A stretch of 64,000 nt of DNA from Patescibacteria group bacterium (lineage in GTDB: Bacteria; Patescibacteriota; Minisyncoccia; Moranbacterales; DUUL01): NCBI GenBank assembly GCA_034658815.1, contig JAYEFY010000048.1:62020-126019 (forward strand). Reading direction: 5' to 3'. The notes beneath the pieces are model-generated. The model had not been told where the DNA came from and ran no database searches. It worked only from the letters and a program-made list of their open reading frames with translations. A program made the position numbers and the translations under genes. Shown one piece after another: positions 37,295-47,212 of this stretch (positions are counted from its first letter, which is position 1; each line of letters starts with the position of its first letter).

Positions 37295-38815
37295 ATGGAC
37301 ATTATTATTATAGTTGCCGGAACATTGGTGGCTGGGGTTATAATTGGGTATTTTACCCGAATAATTTTGGCGCGCAATCAAATTGATTCTGCTGAAGCAA
37401 AAGTGTCTCGAATGCTTGAGGATGCCAAGATTAAATCAAAAGAACAACTCCTAAATTCTAAAGATAAGGCGGTTAGAATTCTGGAAGAAACAAAGAAAGA
37501 AGAAAAGAAACGGCGAGATGAAGTCCGAAATCTTGAGCACAGGATTGAAATTAAAGAGCAGAAGGTAGACAGAATTTTTGCCCATTCGGAAAAAGAAAAA
37601 AGAGTGCTTAAAAACAAAGTTCGAGATATTAAAAAGATCCGGGAAGAGATATTAAATGTAAAACAACAACAAATTGAAAGGTTGGAAAAGATTGCCTGCA
37701 TGAATAAAGACGAGGGGATAAAAGTACTCTTGAAGATTGCCGAGAAAGAAAATAAAGATGAGCTTATTAAAAAAATAACTGAACTCGAAAAAGAAAAAAA
37801 AGAAGAACTTGAAAAGAGAGCAAAAGATATGATGGCGGTAGCAATGCAGCGATATGCCGGTTCGCATGCCGCGGACACAACAACAACGACGATTACGATC
37901 CCGTCTGATGAGTTGAAAGGACGAATTATTGGGCGCGAGGGTCGAAATATCAAGACTCTTGAACGGCTTACAGGAGCAGAGATTATTGTTGATGATACGC
38001 CTGAGGCAATTGTAATTTCCGGTTTTGATGCTATGCGCCGAGAAATAGCAAAAATTGCCCTGGAAAGATTAATTGAAGATGGGAGGATTCATCCGGCTCG
38101 CATTGAAGATGCAGTCAAAAAAGCAAAAGAAGAACTTAATCAAAAAATAAAAGAGGCAGGGGAGGCGGCAGTGTATGATGTCGGAATTCCCGGCCTTGAT
38201 CCGCATTTGATCCAGCTTTTAGGAAGGATGAAATATCGCACAAGCTATGGACAAAATGTATTGCTTCATTCGCTTGAAGTAGCGCATCTTTCCGGAATGC
38301 TTGCTTCGGAACTCGGTCTTGACGTCCTAATAGCAAAGAAAGCCGGGTTACTTCATGATATTGGCAAATCCGTTGATCACGAAATGAAAGGAACTCATGT
38401 AGAGATCGGGATGAGTATTCTTAAAAAGTTCAATCAGTCGCCCGAAGTGATAAACGCGATGAAATCTCATCATGAGGATTATCCGTTCGAGAGCAATTAC
38501 GGGCTTGTCATTGCCGCTGCGGACGCATTAAGCGCATCTCGTCCCGGAGCGCGCAAAGATACCTTGGAAAATTATTTAAAGCGGCTGACGGAACTTGAAG
38601 AAGTAGCAATGTCTTTTGAGGAAGTTAATAAATGTTACGCAATTCAAGCGGGACGTGAAGTGCGCGTGTTTGTAAATCCGGAGAAAGTTGATGATCTTGA
38701 AGCGATGAAGCTTGCGAAAAAAATCGCATTGAAAATAGAAGATAAATTGAACTATCCCGGGGAAATAAAAGTTAATGTTCTGCGAGAGACGCGTTCAGTT
38801 GAATATGCCCGATGA
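37295..38815 (+). CDS. rny: Ribonuclease Y
   Basis: TM anchor, coiled coil, KH motif [14 protein letters not shown] motif [15 protein letters not shown]; ATG at 37295. Confidence 0.96.
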   Translation: MDIIIIVAGTLVAGVIIGYFTRIILARNQIDSAEAKVSRMLEDAKIKSKEQLLNSKDKAVRILEETKKEEKKRRDEVRNLEHRIEIKEQKVDRIFAHSEKEKRVLKNKVRDIKKIREEILNVKQQQIERLEKIACMNKDEGIKVLLKIAEKENKDELIKKITELEKEKKEELEKRAKDMMAVAMQRYAGSHAADTTTTTITIPSDELKGRIIGREGRNIKTLERLTGAEIIVDDTPEAIVISGFDAMRREIAKIALERLIEDGRIHPARIEDAVKKAKEELNQKIKEAGEAAVYDVGIPGLDPHLIQLLGRMKYRTSYGQNVLLHSLEVAHLSGMLASELGLDVLIAKKAGLLHDIGKSVDHEMKGTHVEIGMSILKKFNQSPEVINAMKSHHEDYPFESNYGLVIAAADALSASRPGARKDTLENYLKRLTELEEVAMSFEEVNKCYAIQAGREVRVFVNPEKVDDLEAMKLAKKIALKIEDKLNYPGEIKVNVLRETRSVEYAR

Positions 38816-38952
38816 GTATTGACAAAAAATGTTTTGCTATTGCGCATTTTGGGCAATATGGTGTACAATCAAACAAAGTATATGGTTTCGCTGTTTGAGA
38901 ACAGTTCCTGTAAACAAAAATAATACATAAGTACTAGATTGGAGGTGACATC

Positions 38953-39228
38953 ATGAATAAAAGTGCAGTAGTCGACGCAGTTGCATCAAAAACAGATCAT
39001 AGTAAAAAAGATGTCGAAATGGTAATCGAGGCTGTATTGGATGTGATCACTGATGCGCTTCAAGAGGGGGAACAGGTAGCGTTCACAGGATTTGGAACTT
39101 TTTCAGTTTCAAGAAGGTCAGCGCGGGACGGTGTTAATCCAGCGACTGGGGAAAAGATCAAAATTCCTGCTATAGATGTACCGAAATTTAAAGCCGGTAA
39201 AAGTCTCAAGGATGCTGTAAGAAAGTAA
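38953..39228 (+). CDS. hup: DNA-binding protein HU
   Basis: GFGTF, R.GVNPATGEKIKI, PKFKAGK.LK. Confidence 0.96.
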   Translation: MNKSAVVDAVASKTDHSKKDVEMVIEAVLDVITDALQEGEQVAFTGFGTFSVSRRSARDGVNPATGEKIKIPAIDVPKFKAGKSLKDAVRK

Positions 39229-39252
39229 CTGAGTTCGTGTTGTTTTTTAAGT

Positions 39253-39280
39253 GTAAAGCCGCCTTTGCTGGCGGCTTTAC
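39253..39280 (+). terminator. Terminator hairpin after hup
   Basis: gtaaagccgcc/ggcggctttac stem. Confidence 0.65.
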
Positions 39281-39513
39281 TGCTGTCTGATTAAACCACT
39301 GGTTTACCGGAAGAATCAAGAGAATTTACAGCAAGAAAACCATCACTTATCATCTTAGTGCCGGTGTCAAACCGGCAAAAATAGAAACAACCGGTGTTAC
39401 AGCTAGTGGTAGTCCATTTAAAATTGTTTTATGTAACCCGATTATTCTTTTGAATGTTTTACATTATTGATTTTTTCATCTATAATACTTAATAAAGAAT
39501 TCAAAACAAAAAA

Positions 39514-39954
39514 ATGAAAACAATAATAAAAACAATTAAAATCACTACCGAGAAACAGTTAGAGTTTATTGATGTTACCAGTAAAGTTGAAGAGGTGTTA
39601 GACCTTTCAGGGATGAAAGAAGGGTTTATCGTCGTTTATTCTCCGCACACAACATCATCAATCATAATCAATCAAAATGAGCCGATGTTATTGCAGGATA
39701 TGACGAGAATATTATATAAGCTTGTTCCAATCGATGAACGATACGGACATGATATGTTTGAGCTTACTAAACATGTAAAATCTGATGGGCGCAGTAATGG
39801 CCATAGTCACTGTAAAAGTATTATTCTCGGGTGCAGCGAAACAGTTCCATTTCAAAAAGGAGAAATGATTCTTGGAAGTCGCCAAAGTATTTTTTTTGTT
39901 GAGTTGGATGGCAGTAGAAAGCGCGATTTTTTGGTACAAATCGTGGGGGAATAA
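39514..39954 (+). CDS. yjbQ: YjbQ/UPF0047 family protein
   Basis: PHTT, NGHSH.K, G.RQSIFFVELDG.R.R. Confidence 0.9.
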   Translation: MKTIIKTIKITTEKQLEFIDVTSKVEEVLDLSGMKEGFIVVYSPHTTSSIIINQNEPMLLQDMTRILYKLVPIDERYGHDMFELTKHVKSDGRSNGHSHCKSIILGCSETVPFQKGEMILGSRQSIFFVELDGSRKRDFLVQIVGE

Positions 39955-39957
39955 TAA

Positions 39958-40080
39958 GAGCCTGTTTGAAAATCCCACATCCTGCTGTAATTTCTTCTCC
40001 AGAAGCCAGAGGCAGACAAGCATATTTTGGCTGCCATGCTTCGGCAGGATCGCAACGGAGAAGGGTTTTCAAACAGACTC
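39958..40080. mobile_element. MITE-like repeat family A, copy 3
   Basis: gagcctgtttgaaaa ... ttttcaaacagactc; flanks TAA/TTA. Confidence 0.8.
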
Positions 40081-40168
40081 TTAGTTTGTAAGTTCGTTAA
40101 AATGTTATTGGAAACAATACCTTATCGCATTCGGAAGAATGCGTTTTTTGATGCAAAGACCGCGGTGC

Positions 40169-40197
40169 TTGACAAACGATTTACTGTATTGTATAAC
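40169..40197 (+). promoter_or_regulatory. Sigma70 promoter of the OmpA-family gene
   Basis: TTGACA-17-TATAAC. Confidence 0.65.
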
Positions 40198-40277
40198 AAT
40201 GCAGAAGGTAGAAAGTACATTAAATTAGGAATCAATTTAATAACCTAAGGCTCAAAAAAATTACGGGAGGATTTGAC

Positions 40278-40955
40278 ATGATGAATCGGAAGAAAAAAAT
40301 GAAGTATTTGGTTGTTATGGTGGTTATGTTGTTCATGGTCGCGAGTTGCGCGACTACAAGCCATGACCAGTGGTCGAAACAGAAAAAAGGCGCGGTTTGG
40401 GGAACAGCGGGAGGCGCTGCTGCCGGTGCTATTCTTGGCCAAGTAATTGGCGGAGACACGAAAAGCACAGTATTGAGTGCTGTTGCCGGTGCTGCCGTTG
40501 GCGGTCTTGCCGGACACCAAATTGGCGGGTATATGGACCAGCAAGAGCAAGCGTTAAACAACGCGTTTGCCGCGTCAGAAGCGGCTAGTGTCAGGCGGAG
40601 TCGGGACGTATTGATCGCGTGTTTCGAAAGTGATTATATGTTTGATTACGATTCCGCTAAACTTAAGCCTGGAGCTTATACAGAGATCTCACGAGTTACG
40701 CGAGTTCTAAAACAGTATGGCCAAACGCGGCTGATTATTGCCGGACATACCGATAGGGAAGGATCTGAGGCATACAACATGGATCTTTCCGAACGTCGCG
40801 CCGAAAGTGTCGCAGCTGCTCTTGTAAATGAAGGAATACCGGAGCGGAGAATGACGGTGATCGGTTATGGCGAATCCCAACCTATCTCCTCGTCCGATGC
40901 CGTAAACCGGCGGGTTGAGATAATCATCATTCCGATCGAACAGCAACGTGGTTGA
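40278..40955 (+). CDS. OmpA-family lipoprotein with glycine zipper (YiaD-like)
   Basis: Lipobox VASC, glycine zipper, GYMDQQE, GHTD..G..AYN.DLSERRA, GYGESQP, NRRVEI. Confidence 0.92.
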   Translation: MMNRKKKMKYLVVMVVMLFMVASCATTSHDQWSKQKKGAVWGTAGGAAAGAILGQVIGGDTKSTVLSAVAGAAVGGLAGHQIGGYMDQQEQALNNAFAASEAASVRRSRDVLIACFESDYMFDYDSAKLKPGAYTEISRVTRVLKQYGQTRLIIAGHTDREGSEAYNMDLSERRAESVAAALVNEGIPERRMTVIGYGESQPISSSDAVNRRVEIIIIPIEQQRG

Positions 40956-40975
40956 TATTCATTTAGTTTAAAAAG

Positions 40976-41011
40976 AAGTGCCTGGCAGAGAATTCTCTGT
41001 TAGGCACTTTT
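40976..41011 (+). terminator. Intrinsic terminator
   Basis: aagtgcctggcagag/ctctgttaggcactt stem followed by T. Confidence 0.7.
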
Positions 41012-41075
41012 ATCTTACCAGTCATGGAGATTGAGAAAATTACCGGCTAATTAGTACTTTCCAAGATTATTTCCC

Positions 41076-41181
41076 AAGGTTCAACCTCAAGTATTCTGGG
41101 TTGAACCTTAAAACCGGAATTTTTTACGCTGGAGCAGGCTTGCAGCCCGGTCCAGCGCGAGAAACTAAAGGACCGGGCTGC
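41076..41181. repeat. Cluster of REP-like palindromes
   Basis: aaggttcaacc...ggttgaacctt; cgctgga...tccagcg; gcagcccggtc/gaccgggctgc. Confidence 0.45.
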
Positions 41182-41261
41182 TAATACACATTTTAACCGG
41201 AATTAGCTTTTTAGAGCTCATTCTAGCAAAAAGTGCCATATGTGTTTAGACATTACCAAAA

Positions 41262-42287
41262 TGTTTTATGCACACTCTTTTGTCGGTCTTTGTATTTTAA
41301 TTAAATTATAATTTTCTAAAAATTGATTAGGGCTTTTTCCATTTAAGCTACAATGCCTTAAATCATTGTAATACATATTCCATAATCTAACACGATATTT
41401 CAATTCATCAATACTAGCAAACTTTTCTCGAGAGTATAATCTTCTCTGATCGCTTCCATGGCTTCTTTCAACAGTGCCATTCTGAGCTGGCTTTCCTGGA
41501 TCAATTAAGTAGTGAATAATTTTATTCTTGGCGCAAAACTTATCCAAGTAGTGAAGCTTGGGGTTAAAGGGGTCGGCGCTTTTCAAATAACCGGTATATC
41601 TATTGGTAAATGTGGAATGATTATCTGTCTTTACGGCTCTAATTTCAAAAGGAGCCTTTCTAATTATTTTTTCTAGAAACTTAACAGAGTGGCAATTAGA
41701 TTGTTCGTCATATATTTCCATGTGTCTCCACCTGCTGGACAAGTCTATAGCTGTATACTGATAATATTGCTTATTGGCGACTTTTCCCGGAACATACTTA
41801 ACATCTATTTCAATTATTTCTCCGGGTTTCAATTCACTTCTAATATATTTATACTTCACTCTCTTAATTCTATATTTCCTGACTAAGCCTTCTGTTTTTA
41901 ATATTTTACCGACAGTTCTTTCGTGAATATTGATATTTTCATCTTTTAAATCCCATTTTATCTTTAAAGCGCATTCTTTCTTTTCTTTCCTTAATTCAAT
42001 AACCCTTTCTTTTACTCTAATGGAAGTTTCTTTGGGATTAGTTTTGGGCCTAGTTGATTTAGGAATCAATTCCTCCTCCCCATATTTCTTATACAAGGAA
42101 ATCCATCTTTCTAAACTTCTTTGGCTGTAAGGACATACTTTAGCGGCGTCTTTTAATTTTACTTCTTTGTTATAGATGGGAAGCACCCACCTTAACCTTT
42201 CTTCTTTAATTGTTTTTGGCATATTTATACACATACATGAGAATAATACTATTCTCAGAAAACCGCCATAGGTGTGTGCACATTACC
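41262..42287 (-). mobile_element. IS481-like insertion sequence
   Basis: 25-bp imperfect IRs (17/25 matches) at 41262-41286 and 42263-42287, enclosing the transposase. Confidence 0.75.
41266..42234 (-). CDS. IS481-family DDE transposase
   Basis: N-terminal HTH; IEIDVKY, TAID, KTDN, QNGTVERSH, YYN..RH.SL.GKSP. Confidence 0.88.
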   Translation of the reverse strand: MCINMPKTIKEERLRWVLPIYNKEVKLKDAAKVCPYSQRSLERWISLYKKYGEEELIPKSTRPKTNPKETSIRVKERVIELRKEKKECALKIKWDLKDENINIHERTVGKILKTEGLVRKYRIKRVKYKYIRSELKPGEIIEIDVKYVPGKVANKQYYQYTAIDLSSRWRHMEIYDEQSNCHSVKFLEKIIRKAPFEIRAVKTDNHSTFTNRYTGYLKSADPFNPKLHYLDKFCAKNKIIHYLIDPGKPAQNGTVERSHGSDQRRLYSREKFASIDELKYRVRLWNMYYNDLRHCSLNGKSPNQFLENYNLIKIQRPTKECA

Positions 42288-42295
42288 AGTTTCGC

Positions 42296-42324
42296 TTGAC
42301 AAAAGATTAAAAGTGGTGTAGAAT
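42296..42324 (+). promoter_or_regulatory. Sigma70 promoter of the small secreted-protein cluster
   Basis: TTGACA-17-TAGAAT; flanks resemble those of the promoter at 40169. Confidence 0.65.
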
Positions 42325-42408
42325 GTGGCTGAAAGTAGAAGAACAAGTTTTTTAAAAACCTAGATCCGAAATGAAGAACGGATTAAAAGAATATACGGAG
42401 GCATAACT

Positions 42409-42591
42409 ATGAAAAGGAAATCAATTTTTTTAGTTGCTATTGTGCTGATATTGGCTTTTCTCTCATTGAGCGTATTGAGTGGCTGTGCCACTCGAACATA
42501 CGAAAAAACATTCTCTAGAGAAACAAACAAGTTTCTCAAAGATGTACTCAGGCAAGGAGGAAAGGAAATAAGAAAAGAAATTTATGATTGA
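42409..42591 (+). CDS. Small lipoprotein
   Basis: GGAGG Shine-Dalgarno, lipobox LSGC, C-terminal motif shared with the next ORF. Confidence 0.75.
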   Translation: MKRKSIFLVAIVLILAFLSLSVLSGCATRTYEKTFSRETNKFLKDVLRQGGKEIRKEIYD

Positions 42592-42656
42592 CGATTCCTG
42601 TTTTAAAAATCAAGATGGAAGCAGGGAATAAAGAATAAAAGGAAAAGGAGAATGTC

Positions 42657-43121
42657 ATGAAGAAAAGCTTAGTAGTAACTATACTGGCAATCGGTTTTGC
42701 TCTTGCAATTTCCTTTCCGGCGGATGCCAGGAGACAAAAAGGCATCTCGGCAGAGGATGTAAGGGCACTGCAAAACATAGGGATTGACCTGCGGCACGCG
42801 TCCGCGGCAGAAATTAACCGAAAAGCCGCGGCGATTGAGCGGCTCGTGAAAACTCTAAAAGACCTCTCAAATGCGAGAATTTTGGAGGCAAAAGCCCGCC
42901 AAGAGGAAGCTAAAGCCGCCAAAGCTGAAATAAAACTTCAACAGCAGTTGCAAAAAGCCGGCTATACCCAACAGAAGAGGGCGGCTAAACAGCAGAGAAT
43001 AGACGCGAAAAATGATCCGTTCAATCCATATGAGCGAACATTTTCGAAAGAAATAAACAGAACCTTCCGAGACTTCCTCAGTCATGGACGCCGGGAGGTA
43101 ATAAGAGACATTTTTAAGTAA
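42657..43121 (+). CDS. Secreted coiled-coil hypothetical protein
   Basis: AGGAG Shine-Dalgarno, signal peptide ending ADA, helical A/K/Q-rich body. Confidence 0.8.
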   Translation: MKKSLVVTILAIGFALAISFPADARRQKGISAEDVRALQNIGIDLRHASAAEINRKAAAIERLVKTLKDLSNARILEAKARQEEAKAAKAEIKLQQQLQKAGYTQQKRAAKQQRIDAKNDPFNPYERTFSKEINRTFRDFLSHGRREVIRDIFK

Positions 43122-43209
43122 CTTTTACTGTTGCTGTGTGTCCCCGTCTTGAAAATTAGGATGGGGACTCAACTTGTATAAAATGGAAGACGGTAAAAAG
43201 GGAGAAATC

Positions 43210-43641
43210 ATGGAAAAATGGAAGATCTGGGTTTTGATACCGGCAGTAATGTTAGTATTAAGTTTATTCTCTGCCTGTGCCGCGCCTCAGGCAAAATATC
43301 GCACAAAGGAATTCTTACCGTTTGCAAATGTGAAACCACTGGAAGTAAATCCAAATGTTGTCGAAAACATGAGCCGCGCGCAATATGAGGAATACATGCG
43401 CCGATTGAAAGAGTATAATGTTTGGGTGCGCGATACTGCTTATGCCAACGCTTATACGGCCTACGGTGAGAAGCAGTGGGTGAACAATGAAGAAGGGGGA
43501 CCTCCCATTCCCCCGCAAAATAATTATGGCATCCAAAGTTTCAGCCCATCGGTCAGTGTGTTCGGCAAAAGAAGCGAAGAGTATCGCAGGGCATCAGACG
43601 AACTGTGGCAACAGGTAAAAAAGGAGCTAGAATCGGAATAA
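43210..43641 (+). CDS. Hypothetical lipoprotein
   Basis: GGAG + ATG at 43210; lipobox FSAC. Confidence 0.75.
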   Translation: MEKWKIWVLIPAVMLVLSLFSACAAPQAKYRTKEFLPFANVKPLEVNPNVVENMSRAQYEEYMRRLKEYNVWVRDTAYANAYTAYGEKQWVNNEEGGPPIPPQNNYGIQSFSPSVSVFGKRSEEYRRASDELWQQVKKELESE

Positions 43642-43661
43642 GAAAAAACAACAAAGCAACA

Positions 43662-43699
43662 AAAAAACGGGCAATCCCATCGAGGAGAACCCGTTTTTT
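43662..43699 (+). terminator. Intrinsic terminator
   Basis: aaaaaacggg ... cccgtttttt. Confidence 0.6.
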
Positions 43700-43842
43700 A
43701 TTTTGCCAAGAATGTGGTATTATGGGATTGCTACCATTATATATACGTGCGATTAATTTAAAGAAATAAGCGCTTGCGGACGCGAAATGTGTGTTTGAGG
43801 CAATTTTTGAGTGCGCGCTTCGAAAAATTTATTTAAAACAAA

Positions 43843-46215
43843 ATGACAATTGTCAATAAGCACAATAAGCGCTATCGTCGGATAGTAACAAAAATAAACA
43901 AGCTGGAAAAAGAAATGGCCGAACTGCGCGGTGATGATTTTTCGGCGAAAACGGCGCTTTTAAAAATGCGGCTCAAGTCGGGAGAATCTCTGGACGAATT
44001 ACTGCCAAGCGCGTACGCGCTGGCTCGCGAGGCCGCCAAGAGAGTGATAGGATTGAGAGCATTTAATGTTCAATTGCAGGGAGCTATAGCGGCTCATGAA
44101 GAAAAAATCGTTGAAATGAAAACAGGAGAAGGGAAAACACTGGCGATTCTTTTTCCGGCATATTTAAACGCTCTTGAAGGAAAAGGAGTTCATGTGGTGA
44201 CGGCCAACGATTATCTTGCCGAGCGTGATGCCAAGTGGATGGGAAAAGTTTACTCGTTTTTAGGTTTAAGCGTCGGGTCGATCACCAATAAAACGGAAGA
44301 ATTTGAACGCCAAGTGTCTTACTTGGCTGATGTAACGTACGTTTCAAATAATGAGGTCGGCTTCGATTTTTTAAAAGACAATATGCTCTATGACCGAAAA
44401 AATAAGTGCCAAAGAGATCTGCATTTTGCCATTATTGACGAAGCTGATAGTGTGCTTATTGACGAGGCGCAAACTCCACTGGTAATCTCTGACAGCACCT
44501 CGTCTGATGAAGACAGTAAAAAGCAATTCGTGGAGCTTAATTCGATAATCAGAGAACTGCGCAAAAGTATTGATTTTGAGATAAACGAAAAAGAGCGCGC
44601 CATTTCATTGAAGGTGGCCGGCGTAAAAAAATTGGAGACATTGCTTGGCGTTAATAATCTTTACGATTCTGAAATTGATTATCTCTACTACATTGAATGT
44701 TTGCTTAGAGCGCATCTGCTTTTTAAAAAGGATAGAGATTATGTTGTTGATGAAAAAAATGTTGTTATTGTCGATGAATTTACCGGACGGCTTATGCCCA
44801 ATCATAGATATTGCCAAGGAATCCATCAGGCGATTGAAGCCAAAGAAGGGCTGACGGTGCAAAACGAAGACAAGACGCTGGCCGCAATCACATTTCAGCA
44901 CTTTTTTAAACATTATAATAAAATGTCCGGACTAACCGGAACTGTGGCAACAGCCAGAAAAGAATTTCGTCTGATCTATAAGAAAGAGGTCGTACAAATC
45001 CCAACTGATAAGCGCATTATTCGTGATGACGTGCCTGACCGCTTTTTTCTTAATTGGAACGATAAACTTGATTATCTCGCGTGGTTTGTTCAAGAGCACT
45101 ACTTTAAGAAACGAGCGGTGCTTATTGGAACCCGGTCGATCAGAAAATCTCAGAAAACATATCAGGTGCTTATGGGGGAAAATATTCCAAGCGCCGTACT
45201 TAACGCGAAACACACTTCTCGGGAAGCGGAAGTTATCGCGCAGGCAGGGCAGCCTCAAACGGTAACAGTCGCTACAAATATGGCCGGAAGAGGCACCGAT
45301 ATTGGACTTGCGAAATCCGTACGTGATCAAATAGGGCTTGTGGTTATCGGAACAGAAAGACACAATACGCGGAGAATTGATGATCAGCTTATTGGAAGAG
45401 CCGGACGGCAGGGAGATCCCGGTTATGCCCAGTTTTTTGTATCAGCGGAAGATGAATTGATCAAGACCCATTTTAAGGAAGAATACATCGCAGAACTTAA
45501 ACGAAATAAGGAGTGGCCGGAAGGAGTAAGCAGCGCGCGATTGCAGGCGATTGTAAATAAAACGCAAAAACGGATGGAAGGCCTGTTCTTTGATCAACGT
45601 GTTTTAAATTATGAGTTCGACCGCATACTTGAAGCGCAACGAAACTCATTTTACCGCCAGAGGAACAGAGTGCTGTGTGACGACAATTTAAAAGAAGAAA
45701 CACTCGGTCTTTTGAAAAAATATGCGTACAGCCATATTATTTTGCCTCAACAAACACGAAGCAATGAGTTTTCGCAACAGCAGGCAGCCGCAATTTCCAC
45801 GGCTCTTAAAAAAGCCGTCATAAATAAATGGTTTCAACCCAATTTTGAAGCTCACTCCTATACAATTGCTGAAATGAGAAAAGAGGCCTATGAAAGTATA
45901 ATAAAATATTATAACAATGTTGAGCATTATGTGTCGGAAAAAAAGATGAGAAAGATTGAGAAGGCAGTTACCTTGAAGGTTCTGGATCTATTATGGGTGG
46001 AACATTTGCGCAATGTTGAAAGTATGCAACAGGCGGCACTGATCAGTTCGATCGGCAAAGCGAATTTTTTTGAAGAATATGAAATTGAAATGGCTAGGGT
46101 TTATAAGTCAATGCTTTATTCCGTGCCACGGATCATTTGCTTAACACTGCTTAGAGCCATGAATACTTTTCTTGTTTCCAACGAGAATAATAACAATGAA
46201 TATTCACGGCAATGA
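43843..46215 (+). CDS. secA: Preprotein translocase ATPase SecA, divergent (possible accessory SecA2)
   Basis: EMKTGEGKT, DEADSVLIDEA, ATNMAGRGTDI, QLIGRAGRQGDPG; no C-terminal Zn-binding tail. Confidence 0.9.
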   Translation: MTIVNKHNKRYRRIVTKINKLEKEMAELRGDDFSAKTALLKMRLKSGESLDELLPSAYALAREAAKRVIGLRAFNVQLQGAIAAHEEKIVEMKTGEGKTLAILFPAYLNALEGKGVHVVTANDYLAERDAKWMGKVYSFLGLSVGSITNKTEEFERQVSYLADVTYVSNNEVGFDFLKDNMLYDRKNKCQRDLHFAIIDEADSVLIDEAQTPLVISDSTSSDEDSKKQFVELNSIIRELRKSIDFEINEKERAISLKVAGVKKLETLLGVNNLYDSEIDYLYYIECLLRAHLLFKKDRDYVVDEKNVVIVDEFTGRLMPNHRYCQGIHQAIEAKEGLTVQNEDKTLAAITFQHFFKHYNKMSGLTGTVATARKEFRLIYKKEVVQIPTDKRIIRDDVPDRFFLNWNDKLDYLAWFVQEHYFKKRAVLIGTRSIRKSQKTYQVLMGENIPSAVLNAKHTSREAEVIAQAGQPQTVTVATNMAGRGTDIGLAKSVRDQIGLVVIGTERHNTRRIDDQLIGRAGRQGDPGYAQFFVSAEDELIKTHFKEEYIAELKRNKEWPEGVSSARLQAIVNKTQKRMEGLFFDQRVLNYEFDRILEAQRNSFYRQRNRVLCDDNLKEETLGLLKKYAYSHIILPQQTRSNEFSQQQAAAISTALKKAVINKWFQPNFEAHSYTIAEMRKEAYESIIKYYNNVEHYVSEKKMRKIEKAVTLKVLDLLWVEHLRNVESMQQAALISSIGKANFFEEYEIEMARVYKSMLYSVPRIICLTLLRAMNTFLVSNENNNNEYSRQ

Positions 46216-47042
46216 AACAAAAAACGCGCAAACTGTTATCGAGAATCGGGGCGGCGCTTATGCTGGGGATGAGCTTGTTTAATTTGGGAGCGGTTTGGAG
46301 CAAGCAACGCGGAGGAAAAATGCCTTATAGGGTGCGGAATATTCGGAAAAAACACACCGAGAAAGTCGATTCAGAGACGCAATATGTAGCTGATATCGCA
46401 GAAAAAGAAGCACAAATTGTTTTGGCATTGGAACAAAAACAACAGGAAGAAAGCACTCAACAGCTTCAGGAGGAACTCGGGGCGATGCTCCAAAAAATTA
46501 TTCGCTACGCGGCAATTTCGACCTGGATTTTTTCGGCCTCAGTAATTTTCTCATCTGCTATTTTTAATTACCCGTTTGCGCTTGGCAAGGGAATTATGTC
46601 AATATTTCCGGGAGTTCCTCACGTTGCAGAACTATCGCTGCAAACTGAAAAAAAATACTATAAGGTCAATGAACAAGCGAGTATTGCTGTTTATTTGGAT
46701 ACAAACAATGAACAAGTGGATCTTGTGAAGTTGACTATCCGCTATGATCCTTCCTTCCTTGCGTTCAATGATTATGTTATTGATCAGAAATACTTTGATT
46801 CACTTGAAAAACGAACGATCAATAAAGATCAAGGGTTGATCTGTTTATCGTTCAGAAATTCGGATGGTGGAATTGCGATCGTAAAAAGTGAAGTGGCAAT
46901 GTTCCATTTTGATACGCTGCAAGAAGCAAAAACGTGCGGTGTAAGTATCGAAAAAAGTGAATCGGCGGTAATTAAACATAACACTGGCGCGAATAATATA
47001 CTTGGGAAAACATCTTCTGCCTCGTTTAGAATTGTTGATTAA
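46212..47042 (+). CDS. Membrane protein with C-terminal cohesin-like beta-sandwich
   Basis: Hydrophobic segments, then V.VYLDT.....D.VKL.IRYDP..L....; overlaps the secA stop (ATGA). Confidence 0.7.
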   Translation: MKQKTRKLLSRIGAALMLGMSLFNLGAVWSKQRGGKMPYRVRNIRKKHTEKVDSETQYVADIAEKEAQIVLALEQKQQEESTQQLQEELGAMLQKIIRYAAISTWIFSASVIFSSAIFNYPFALGKGIMSIFPGVPHVAELSLQTEKKYYKVNEQASIAVYLDTNNEQVDLVKLTIRYDPSFLAFNDYVIDQKYFDSLEKRTINKDQGLICLSFRNSDGGIAIVKSEVAMFHFDTLQEAKTCGVSIEKSESAVIKHNTGANNILGKTSSASFRIVD

Positions 47043-47044
47043 AA

Positions 47045-47170
47045 GGGAGCCGTTTCCAGACCAGCTTCTGCCAAAAGTTGTTGATTTTGTTTGTTGTTAT
47101 TGTCTGTAGACAGTATTGATACTGGATACTCGGAATGGTTTTTGATGAGAATCAATTAAGAAATAGTCCC
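47045..47170. repeat. MITE-like family B copy
   Basis: gggagccgtttccagaccagcttctgccaaaag ... aagaaatagtccc. Confidence 0.55.
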
Positions 47171-47212
47171 GCATATATTTTATAATTTCAAGAGACAAGA
47201 GCTGAAATAAAA

